A DNA stretch of 31,986 nucleotides. Source: a virus. Taxonomy: Duplodnaviria > Caudoviricetes. The notes under the pieces were generated by a model that saw nothing but the letters and a program-made list of their open reading frames with translations, had not been told where the DNA came from and searched no databases. The stretch lies in the IMG/VR virus record IMGVR_UViG_3300006616_000044, positions 1 to 31,986 of that record. The stretch is one strand, 5' to 3'. Below, piece by piece: positions 1 through 7,115 of the stretch; the stretch's first letter is position 1; each line of letters begins with the position of its first letter. The translations under genes and the position numbers were made by a program.

Positions 1-278
1 TAGAAGTTAAATTTAAAGATAAACAAATTCCAGTAGGTCAAAAATATATGTTACAAAATATAGTAGACTCATGGCATACAGGGAAAGCCGTAGTATTAAA
101 ATTAAGTCATAATTTCTTAGATGACGTTCAATTCATCCCTTTAGTTGAATGTAAAGTTGAAGAGGTGTATTATAAAGGAGTTTGGCAAAAAGCAAAAATT
201 ACTAACTTTATAAACCATTTAAATGGAATTGGAGAAATATTTGACTGTAAAAAACTAAAATTCGAACAAAAAACATGA
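1..278 (+). CDS. 3' part of a PD-(D/E)xK nuclease-family protein spanning the junction (31857..31986 + 1..278, 135 aa)
   Basis: The frame is open from position 3 to TGA at 276-278. The joined protein reads ...HPSDIDAVLEFDNDVLILIEVKFKD..., a D...ExK motif. The listed 48..278 ORF is only its C-terminal part. Confidence 0.75.
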   Translation, partial: EVKFKDKQIPVGQKYMLQNIVDSWHTGKAVVLKLSHNFLDDVQFIPLVECKVEEVYYKGVWQKAKITNFINHLNGIGEIFDCKKLKFEQKT

Positions 279-673
279 AAGAGCTACCCTGGTTTAAATT
301 CTTTCCTAATCAATGGCTAACAGGCTCTATAAGCTTTCAGGACTTTTGTCTTCAAGGTGCATTTATAAAAATCTGTTGTTATTATTGGAGCAAAGAATGC
401 AAAGTATCATTTGAACAATACAAGACTATTTTACCCCAACACTACAAAGAACTAATAGAAAAAGGAATGGTTAAGCACAAAAGAAATAAAATAGCTATAG
501 ACTGGCTAGATGAACAATTAAAAGATAGAAAAGAAGCTCATAAAAAAAGAGTAGACGCTGGACGTAAAGGAGGAAAGAAAACCTCTAACAAAGTTATATT
601 CACAGACCCGACTCATGGAAATGCTGAAGAGTTAAGGAAAATCTTAGAAAGGAAACGAAATGGCAATTCTTAA
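275..673 (+). CDS. Phage replication initiator-like protein (DUF1376/YdaU-like N-terminal domain)
   Basis: The PWFKFFPNQWL start and the helix ending RVDAGRKGG are typical of this family. It lies directly upstream of the helicase. Confidence 0.65.
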   Translation: MKELPWFKFFPNQWLTGSISFQDFCLQGAFIKICCYYWSKECKVSFEQYKTILPQHYKELIEKGMVKHKRNKIAIDWLDEQLKDRKEAHKKRVDAGRKGGKKTSNKVIFTDPTHGNAEELRKILERKRNGNS

Positions 674-1529
674 AGAGGGTTATGGGCTTAAATATGTCCT
701 AGACTATAAAGACGGAAAAATCCCTAAAGGGTTGGGTATTGGTTGCGTATTAGACGATTATTTATTATTCAAACGTGGTCAAATGGTAGTAGTAAGCGGC
801 TTTCCTAATGTTGGAAAGACTTATTTTTTAATGTGGTATCTGCTTTGTCATGCTTTAATTAATGATTTAAAGTTTGTAATATGGTCAGGAGAAAACCCAC
901 CAGAACAACTTAAAATAAGTTTAATACAAATGCTAACTAATAACTGTTTAGAAGATTTAAAAGAAAGCGAAGTGAGAAAACTAATAGACAAAATAGATTA
1001 TTATTTCAAATTTGTTGATAATTCGAAACTTTATACTGCTTCAGACTTATTAAATATGTTTGCTAAGGAAGATGTTGCTGGTTGTTTAATTGACCCTTAT
1101 ACAGGATTAAACCACGAAAGAGGCGGGAAACTATCAATGTTTGATAAAAACTACAATTTCTGTAACAATATAAGAGAGTTCTGTAATAAGACTAATAAGA
1201 CTGTTTATGTTAATACTCACCCAATAAGTGAAGCAGCTAGACGAGTATATAAGCCAGGACACCCTTTAGAGGGCTATGTGATGCCAGCTAAGTCTAGTGA
1301 TATTGAGGGCGGAATGTCGTTTATAAATAGAACAGATGACTCTATAACACTTCACAGAATGTCAAACCACCCATTAATGTGGAATCAAACAGAAGTCCAC
1401 GTTCAAAAAGTAAAGAATCTAATGACTGGAGGAAAGATAACAAACCTAGACAGCCCTTTAAGATTTGATTTTAATTATGGAACTTATACAATCGGAGGAA
1501 TTAACCCACTAAAAAACATACAACTATGA
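660..1529 (+). CDS. DnaB-like (SF4) replicative helicase, no primase domain
   Basis: Walker A SGFPNVGKT, catalytic Glu in WSGEN, Walker B LIDPY, NTHP and QKVK motifs. Confidence 0.85.
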   Translation: MAILKEGYGLKYVLDYKDGKIPKGLGIGCVLDDYLLFKRGQMVVVSGFPNVGKTYFLMWYLLCHALINDLKFVIWSGENPPEQLKISLIQMLTNNCLEDLKESEVRKLIDKIDYYFKFVDNSKLYTASDLLNMFAKEDVAGCLIDPYTGLNHERGGKLSMFDKNYNFCNNIREFCNKTNKTVYVNTHPISEAARRVYKPGHPLEGYVMPAKSSDIEGGMSFINRTDDSITLHRMSNHPLMWNQTEVHVQKVKNLMTGGKITNLDSPLRFDFNYGTYTIGGINPLKNIQL

Positions 1530-1825
1530 ATGAATTAGACGTTATATTAAGAAGAAACAAGCTAGACATTATGATAATTAAGGCTTCTCATCAATTACAA
1601 AAAAGTAAAGACAAGACAAAACAAGAGGGACTAGATACTCTCATAGATATTATTAACTTGATTAGAGAGCTACAGGACGAGATTAGAGAGCAGTCTAGAA
1701 CAATAGCAAAGCTTAAGCTAGACAATGCGGTGTCTTATAAAGAAAACGCTATATTAAAAACAGACTTTGAAAAGTATAAAGACAGCTTAATCAAAGCAGA
1801 ATTAGAAACCCCTAAAAAGAAATAA
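1526..1825 (+). CDS. Hypothetical coiled-coil protein
   Basis: 99 aa with a heptad pattern; ATGA overlap with the helicase stop. Confidence 0.7.
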   Translation: MNELDVILRRNKLDIMIIKASHQLQKSKDKTKQEGLDTLIDIINLIRELQDEIREQSRTIAKLKLDNAVSYKENAILKTDFEKYKDSLIKAELETPKKK

Positions 1826-1826
1826 A

Positions 1827-1931
1827 ATGGAACAAATTTATATTTTAATACTAATCTCTCACGTTGTAGCTTTTTTAGCTGGTAGCTTTTTCTCGTTAAT
1901 ATTGGATAAATTTATAGACAATAATTTTTAA
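1827..1931 (+). CDS. Small single-pass membrane protein (34 aa)
   Basis: Read manually: MEQIYILILISHVVAFLAGSFFSLILDKFIDNNF; starts 1 nt after the upstream stop. Confidence 0.55.
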   Translation: MEQIYILILISHVVAFLAGSFFSLILDKFIDNNF

Positions 1932-1969
1932 AAAGTAAAAAAAAATAATTAAATTACAAAATTCTAAAA

Positions 1970-2089
1970 ATGAAAGATAAAATTATACACATTTTAGCCG
2001 CAGCTCTTGGAATTATACTTACTCCAATATGGTTGCCGATTACTTTAACCTTATATTTAGTTGACAAATGGCGAAAAAAAGGACAATGA
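1970..2089 (+). CDS. Small membrane protein (39 aa)
   Basis: Read manually: MKDKIIHILAAALGIILTPIWLPITLTLYLVDKWRKKGQ; A-rich leader. Confidence 0.6.
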   Translation: MKDKIIHILAAALGIILTPIWLPITLTLYLVDKWRKKGQ

Positions 2090-2229
2090 ATGAACTAAGA
2101 CAAACCAAAGACTCACACTATGAGCCGCCTTATATGCCAGTAGAGAATAGCTTAGCTTATTTATGTAGCGTCTACACTAATGACGCTGACTTAGGTGCTG
2201 TAATAAGAAAATACTTTCAGAAGCTATGA
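2068..2229 (+). CDS. Small hypothetical protein (53 aa)
   Basis: Read manually: MAKKRTMNELRQTKD...YTNDADLGAVIRKYFQKL; ATGA overlap with the methyltransferase start. Confidence 0.6.
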   Translation: MAKKRTMNELRQTKDSHYEPPYMPVENSLAYLCSVYTNDADLGAVIRKYFQKL

Positions 2230-2918
2230 AGATATTAAATTTATACGCTTGTTTAGGCGGTAACCGTTACAAATGGGATGAGGTTACAGACATAGAAGTG
2301 ACAGCCGTAGAACTAGACCCAGATTTAGCACAACTTTATCAAGAAAGATTTCCAAGTGACAAAGTAATTATTGCAGATGCTCACCAATACTTATTAGACC
2401 ATTATAAAGAGTTTGATTTTATTTGGTCAAGTCCACCTTGTCCAACTCATAGTAGAATGAGAAAGACAAATACTGGAGAAGGAGAAAGAAAATCAAAAGC
2501 TACTTACTCAGATATGAAGCTTTACGAGGAAATTATATTATTGAAACATTTTTTCAAAGGGAAATATTGCGTAGAAAATGTAATTCCTTACTATCAACCA
2601 TTAATCCCCGCTAAAAAAAGAGGAAGGCATTTATATTGGACTAATTTTAATCTTCCTAATCAATTAAGCAATAGGCATAAAAACAACTTTATAAAGGATA
2701 GTAATGTTCAAAATATATCTACGTTCCATGACTATGACTTTAATAAATTAAATAAGTTTGATAAATTTATTTACACAAGTCATAAAGATGGTGTGAGAAT
2801 TGACAAGATAGCAAGAAACTTGGTAGACTATGAAGCTGGTAGAACAATATTAGAAACAGCAGTAGGAATAGTAAGAAAACAAAATGTAAACCAAACAACT
2901 ATATTTGATGAATGCTAA
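2226..2918 (+). CDS. DNA (cytosine-5)-methyltransferase, orphan
   Basis: Motif I variant LNLYACLGG, motif IV SSPPC (catalytic Cys), motif VI VENV, motif VIII-like RGRH. Confidence 0.88.
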   Translation: MKILNLYACLGGNRYKWDEVTDIEVTAVELDPDLAQLYQERFPSDKVIIADAHQYLLDHYKEFDFIWSSPPCPTHSRMRKTNTGEGERKSKATYSDMKLYEEIILLKHFFKGKYCVENVIPYYQPLIPAKKRGRHLYWTNFNLPNQLSNRHKNNFIKDSNVQNISTFHDYDFNKLNKFDKFIYTSHKDGVRIDKIARNLVDYEAGRTILETAVGIVRKQNVNQTTIFDEC

Positions 2919-3276
2919 TCAAAAAGGAAAACGTTTTGAAAGAGACGTAGCGGCACAACTTAATAAGAAGTTTAATACCAACGTGAGACGCACACCTCAA
3001 AGCGGCGGTATGAGTATCAAAGGCGACATTATAGACATTAACCCAGACTCTATTTTATTTGACTATCACTGGGAATGTAAGAATCAAGAGAAGCTTAATA
3101 TTTGGAAAGCTTTAGCACAGGCAAGAGCAGACAGACCAATGGGAAAAACTCCAGTAGTCGTCTTCACAAAAAACTTTGAGAAAGACTATGCCTGTTTAGA
3201 ATTTGAAGACTTTATGAATTTACTTTTAACCATACAACAATTACAAGATGAAATTAACACTAAACCGAATAGCTGA
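2905..3276 (+). CDS. Holliday junction resolvase (Hjc-like PD-(D/E)xK)
   Basis: KGKRFERDVA...GDII...WECK pattern. Confidence 0.8.
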   Translation: MMNANQKGKRFERDVAAQLNKKFNTNVRRTPQSGGMSIKGDIIDINPDSILFDYHWECKNQEKLNIWKALAQARADRPMGKTPVVVFTKNFEKDYACLEFEDFMNLLLTIQQLQDEINTKPNS

Positions 3277-3592
3277 ATTAATAGAAGAGTATAACTCTAC
3301 AGACATATTTGACGGCAACACATTAAACAAACAATTGAAAGAACTAACTAGCAGACTATATCATATTGAAACTATGAGAACAAAAGCTCATGAAGATTAT
3401 GAGAAAATTATACATAATAAAGTAGCTGAAGGCTTTTCTGTGGCTAGAGCAACTAATGAGGCAAATGTAGAAGTCCCTGAAATGTATAAGCTTAGAAGAC
3501 TCTTAGAATCTGGCTATAGAGTAGTAGACTCTATGAGAACAAATATAAGCTTTCTTAAGTCAGAAATGTATAATACACCTAAAGACTATTGA
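3248..3592 (+). CDS. Hypothetical helical protein
   Basis: 114-aa ORF overlapping both neighbours. Confidence 0.7.
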   Translation: MKLTLNRIAELIEEYNSTDIFDGNTLNKQLKELTSRLYHIETMRTKAHEDYEKIIHNKVAEGFSVARATNEANVEVPEMYKLRRLLESGYRVVDSMRTNISFLKSEMYNTPKDY

Positions 3593-4080
3593 TGGACAAA
3601 AAGCTAATTAAGAAAATAGAGAACTTTATTCTTTGCATAGGGCGAGAGTATAACGTAGTAGAAATAGAAGACTTTAAACAAGATATCTTAATACTATTAC
3701 TAAACAAAGGAGAAGACTTTATTTTACAATTAGACAAAGAGAACTCAATTAAAAAATATGTTTATAAGCTTTGCCTGTTTCAGATAATTAGTGAGCGTGG
3801 TCAATACAGAACTAAATACTACATTCCTAGTCACTTTAGCTCTATTGATGACATAGAGACTTATAGTAACACAAGTTTCAAAGATGACGTACTAAAAGAC
3901 TTAATAGACTCTTTAGATGGATTAGATAAGATAATGATGGAACAACTACTTCTATGCAGCGGAAATAAGAACTGTCTGTCTAGAAAAAGCAACATTCACC
4001 ACAATACTATTCAATATAAGTTTAAAGAATTAGCAAATAAAATAAAACAAAAATGGACAATAAATGAATTTTATACTTAA
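3589..4080 (+). CDS. RNA polymerase sigma-70/ECF-like factor (probable late-gene activator)
   Basis: Region-2-like EDFKQDILILLL. Region-4-like IDSLDGLDKIMM...LSRKSNIHHNTIQYKFK HTH. Sits at the early/late boundary. Confidence 0.65.
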   Translation: MMDKKLIKKIENFILCIGREYNVVEIEDFKQDILILLLNKGEDFILQLDKENSIKKYVYKLCLFQIISERGQYRTKYYIPSHFSSIDDIETYSNTSFKDDVLKDLIDSLDGLDKIMMEQLLLCSGNKNCLSRKSNIHHNTIQYKFKELANKIKQKWTINEFYT

Positions 4081-4279
4081 CACCTTAATAATAATAAGTC
4101 TAGCTACTACATGGGTAGACTATGCATTACCAATGATTAATAGACTAAACTACAAACCTTTTAATTGTAGTTTTTGTATGACGTTCTGGCTCTCTCTTAT
4201 AACTTTTTTTGTAACTTTAGAGCCTATAGTATTAACTTCACCGTTATTTTTACGTATAATAGAAAGAAGATTATTATGA
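4064..4279 (+). CDS. Small membrane protein with CxxC (KPFNCSFCMTFW)
   Basis: Hydrophobic segments flank CSFC; overlaps the end of the sigma-like gene. Confidence 0.7.
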   Translation: MNFILNTLIIISLATTWVDYALPMINRLNYKPFNCSFCMTFWLSLITFFVTLEPIVLTSPLFLRIIERRLL

Positions 4280-4542
4280 AAATAGAAGACGTAATTAGAC
4301 TTTATGACAAAGCAAGTGCTTTTCCTAGTCAGATAGATATATCTTATTTAAGAAATAACTTCAATCCTATATTGACGGAACTATATCCAGAAATAAGAAT
4401 TAGTTGGGCTTGTAATAGCTGCGTAAAAAACCAAATGAGCTTATTACTAAACTGGCTTAACAACAAAGAAGAGGAACAGAAAAAGGTTAAAAAGAAAAAG
4501 AATGTCAGAAAGAAAAGAACAGCAAAACCTAAGAAGGGTTAG
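4276..4542 (+). CDS. Hypothetical protein with CxxC and basic tail
   Basis: Start reassigned to ATG 4276 (ATGA overlap with upstream stop); contains WACNSCVKN. Confidence 0.7.
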   Translation: MKIEDVIRLYDKASAFPSQIDISYLRNNFNPILTELYPEIRISWACNSCVKNQMSLLLNWLNNKEEEQKKVKKKKNVRKKRTAKPKKG

Positions 4543-4726
4543 CTACGGCTATTTTATAGACGAGGATGGACTCTTCTACTATAGCGAAATAGATGGGGAA
4601 GTCTTTCAATGTTTTGACATTAATGGAGTGGCTTCCACTACTTTTGACTTTGGCATAGATTATGAATTATTAGAATTAGCTTATATATACGAACATGATA
4701 GACTGGACGATGAAGACTTACATTGA
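4502..4726 (+). CDS. Hypothetical acidic protein
   Basis: 74-aa ORF overlapping both neighbours. Confidence 0.6.
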   Translation: MSERKEQQNLRRVSYGYFIDEDGLFYYSEIDGEVFQCFDINGVASTTFDFGIDYELLELAYIYEHDRLDDEDLH

Positions 4727-4874
4727 TGAAATGATGAAAAGAAGATTAACATATAATGGTAAAAGAGTTTATATAAAAGCTTTAGACTCCAAAAAAGCCC
4801 TTGTGTCTTATGCTAAGGAGGGTAACGTTGGACAATTTAAAGTTAATATAAAAGACTTGGCAGACTTTAAATGA
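4710..4874 (+). CDS. Small hypothetical protein (54 aa)
   Basis: Read manually: MKTYIDEMMKRRLTYNGKRVYIK...KDLADFK; fills the gap, with an ATGA overlap with the next ORF. Confidence 0.6.
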   Translation: MKTYIDEMMKRRLTYNGKRVYIKALDSKKALVSYAKEGNVGQFKVNIKDLADFK

Positions 4875-5167
4875 AGCTAACAGCGGAAGAAATAAAGGAA
4901 CAAAAAGCCTTATATGGTAGTGAGGCAGTAAATTTCTTTGTCCGATTTATGGACGCTAGAGAGAGATGGAAAAGACTACCTGAGTTTTTTATAGTTCAAG
5001 TGATTGAGAATAGTGACGATTTACCAACTTATAGCAATACTAGAAAAGGAAGTGATAGAGCATACAAACGGAAGCTTCAACACGTCCTGGCAAATAGAGA
5101 GGCTAAAATTAGCCGCAGAAAGAAAAACAGAGCCTCAATGGGTAAGGGAACTAATAAAGAAGTATGA
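4871..5167 (+). CDS. Hypothetical protein
   Basis: ATGA-coupled at both ends. The 3' half overlaps an alternative-frame ORF (see findings). Confidence 0.6.
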   Translation: MKLTAEEIKEQKALYGSEAVNFFVRFMDARERWKRLPEFFIVQVIENSDDLPTYSNTRKGSDRAYKRKLQHVLANREAKISRRKKNRASMGKGTNKEV

Positions 5168-5634
5168 CAAAAAAGCTGACACCTAAACAAAGAAAATTCG
5201 CAGAAGAGTATGTCAATACTGGCAACGCTTCAGAAGCTTATAGGAGAGCTTATGATGTTGGTGAAAATACTAGTCTAGACACTATAAAAGTAAACTCTAG
5301 TAAACTCTTAGCAGATACTAACATAAAACTAACAGTCAAGGAGTTACAGAAACTAGAAGCGGAAAGTTTTCAAATAACACGCAAGGAAGTAGCTGAGGGC
5401 TATTTTAAGATGATTAAATCTTGGGAGTATCTAATGGACCTAGCAGCAAAAGAAAACCTCTCTAAGGAGCAGAAAGCAAAATTCTATTTACTTAAAGAAA
5501 TGGTTAAAGGCTCAGACTATCGGGGAGCTTATGATTCAATAGCTAAGATGTTCGGACTCAATGCGCCAGACAAGCAAGAGATAGAACAGACTGTTCACAA
5601 TATAAACATCAACATTAAGCGTGGAAGCGACTGA
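5164..5634 (+). CDS. terS: Terminase small subunit
   Basis: LTPKQRKFAEEYVNTGNASEAYRRAY N-terminal HTH signature; directly upstream of terL. Confidence 0.9.
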   Translation: MTKKLTPKQRKFAEEYVNTGNASEAYRRAYDVGENTSLDTIKVNSSKLLADTNIKLTVKELQKLEAESFQITRKEVAEGYFKMIKSWEYLMDLAAKENLSKEQKAKFYLLKEMVKGSDYRGAYDSIAKMFGLNAPDKQEIEQTVHNININIKRGSD

Positions 5635-6799
5635 GATATTCGAGCGTAATTACGACAGCAATTTAAAGATAGTTATTAATAGAGGAGGGACTAGGAGTAG
5701 TAAGACTTGGTCCTTAAATCAATTATGCGCTTTATGGTTAATTAGTGGCAACTATGGAAATGAGCAATACTGTCATGAGGGTGTCTGGACTACTGTAAGA
5801 AAGTATAGAACCAATTTAGACGGAACAGTCATAAGAGACTTTGAGGACGTCTTAAAAGCTGAGGGATGGTATAATAGTATTGACCACAATAAGACTAAGA
5901 AGCAATATAGATACGGCAAAAGACTAGTAGAGTTTATAGGCGCAGACGATGAGCAGAAGCTTAGAGGAGCTAAAAGAAATATACTATACTGTAATGAGGC
6001 GAATGAATTAGAATATAAACAAGAGTTCTTTCAGTTGTTAATGAGAACAGAGAATAAGATATTCTTAGACTTCAACCCAGACGATGAACAGATTTGGATT
6101 AACCAGGAGTTAGAGATTAAGAGAGCTGCTGAGGTTGGAGATGTTGAGGTAATAGTAAGCAACTACAAGAACAATGCTTTCTTACCTAAATCACTAATAA
6201 AAGAAATAGAGTATTTACAAGAAACAGACAAAGAGTTCTGGAAGATATACGGTCTAGGAGAGTATGGTAACATTAGCGGCTTAGTGTATGAGAATGTAAA
6301 GTATGTGGACAGAATGCCAGACTGTAAGTTAGTAGCTTATGGCTTAGACTTTGGTTATAGTATAGACCCGTCAGCTTGTGTAGCAGTATATAGGAAAGAC
6401 GATGAATTGTATTTAAAAGAAATAATCTACGAGAGAGAGTTAACTAACCAAGACCTAGCGGAAAGACTAAAGCCAATAGTTAATAGGGATGAGGTTATCT
6501 GCGATAGTGCAGAACCTAAGAGTATTGAAGAAATATATAGACTAGGTTTAAACGCTAAACCAGCTACTAAAGGACGTGATAGTATTCTAAACGGTATAGA
6601 CATTCTAAAACGTTTTAAAATCAATGTTGTAAATAGTAGTAATTTAAGACGAGAGTTTAGGACTTATAAATGGGCAACAGACAAAAATGGGAACAGTCTA
6701 CAAAAGCCAATAGGACAAGACCACTTACTAGATGCTTTGCGCTATGTTGCGTTAATACATTTAAAAGAAAACAATCGTGGTTGGTATGCAATTAGATGA
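5621..6799 (+). CDS. terL: Terminase large subunit (PBSX-family-like)
   Basis: Walker A RGGTRSSKT, LYCNEANE, DFNP, and nuclease motifs GLDFG, CDSAEP and DHLLDALRY; GTG start. Confidence 0.95.
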   Translation: MEATEIFERNYDSNLKIVINRGGTRSSKTWSLNQLCALWLISGNYGNEQYCHEGVWTTVRKYRTNLDGTVIRDFEDVLKAEGWYNSIDHNKTKKQYRYGKRLVEFIGADDEQKLRGAKRNILYCNEANELEYKQEFFQLLMRTENKIFLDFNPDDEQIWINQELEIKRAAEVGDVEVIVSNYKNNAFLPKSLIKEIEYLQETDKEFWKIYGLGEYGNISGLVYENVKYVDRMPDCKLVAYGLDFGYSIDPSACVAVYRKDDELYLKEIIYERELTNQDLAERLKPIVNRDEVICDSAEPKSIEEIYRLGLNAKPATKGRDSILNGIDILKRFKINVVNSSNLRREFRTYKWATDKNGNSLQKPIGQDHLLDALRYVALIHLKENNRGWYAIR

Positions 6800-6844
6800 A
6801 AAAAGCAAAAACAAACTGTGTCAAGAAAGTGCTATTAACAGAGG

Positions 6845-6903
6845 AAGCAATGCTTAAGCAATGCCCAAGCATTAAGATAAGAAAAGATAAGATAAGAAAA
6901 GAG
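6845..6903. repeat. Iteron-like 11-bp repeats followed by (AAGAW)n; candidate replication origin
   Basis: AAGCAATGCTT (6845, palindromic), AAGCAATGCCC (6856), AAGCATTAAGA (6867). Then AAGAT AAGAA AAGAT AAGAT AAGAA AAGAG (6874-6903). Confidence 0.6.
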
Positions 6904-6904
6904 C

Positions 6905-6934
6905 TTGTTTTTTGATTGAATTTTAGTACCTTAG
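6905..6934 (+). promoter_or_regulatory. Bacteroidota-type housekeeping promoter
   Basis: TTG (6905-6907), 19-nt spacer, TACCTTAG (6927-6934); one mismatch to TTG-N19-TAnnTTTG. Confidence 0.55.
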
Positions 6935-6939
6935 TTTTA

Positions 6940-7026
6940 TTAAAATATTAAAAGAGGCAGCCGAGTCTTAGACAGCGTAAGTCCTCAGAGCATTAAAGAG
7001 CCTGTCAATTGATGGGCTTTTTTTTT
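6940..7026 (+). ncRNA. Candidate small RNA 1 (~85 nt)
   Basis: Lies between the promoter and a terminator with no ORF. GC-richer core with a GAGG(6954)/CCTC(6983) closing stem. Confidence 0.45.
6995..7026 (+). terminator. Intrinsic terminator
   Basis: AGCCTGTC/GATGGGCT stem with G-U pairs, followed by a T9 tract. Confidence 0.8.
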
Positions 7027-7033
7027 GTTTAAG

Positions 7034-7088
7034 TTTTACGTGTGCCGCACGTGTGATACACGTGTATTTCACGTTTGTTTTACGTTTA
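7034..7088. repeat. Five degenerate 11-bp tandem units with an ACGT core
   Basis: TTTTACGTGTG, CCGCACGTGTG, ATACACGTGTA, TTTCACGTTTG, TTTTACGTTTA. ACGT at 7038, 7049, 7060, 7071 and 7082. Confidence 0.8.
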
Positions 7089-7115
7089 AGTAATTTTTTT
7101 TATTATCTTTACCAA

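Noticed and set aside
4174-4275. Longer upstream starts for 4174..4542, 18442..18870 and 26668..26997
   Set aside because: Downstream ATGs at 4276, 18469 and 26698 give normal coupling and avoid or shorten overlaps with neighbouring genes.
6945-6997. Resemblance of candidate RNA 1 to a twister ribozyme or SAM-V riboswitch (AAGTCC, AGAGCATTAAA)
   Set aside because: The required pseudoknot pairings and conserved loop residues could not be built.
6845-7088. Possible CRISPR-like mini-array
   Set aside because: The repeats are 5-11-bp tandem units with no spacers and no 25-40-bp direct repeats.
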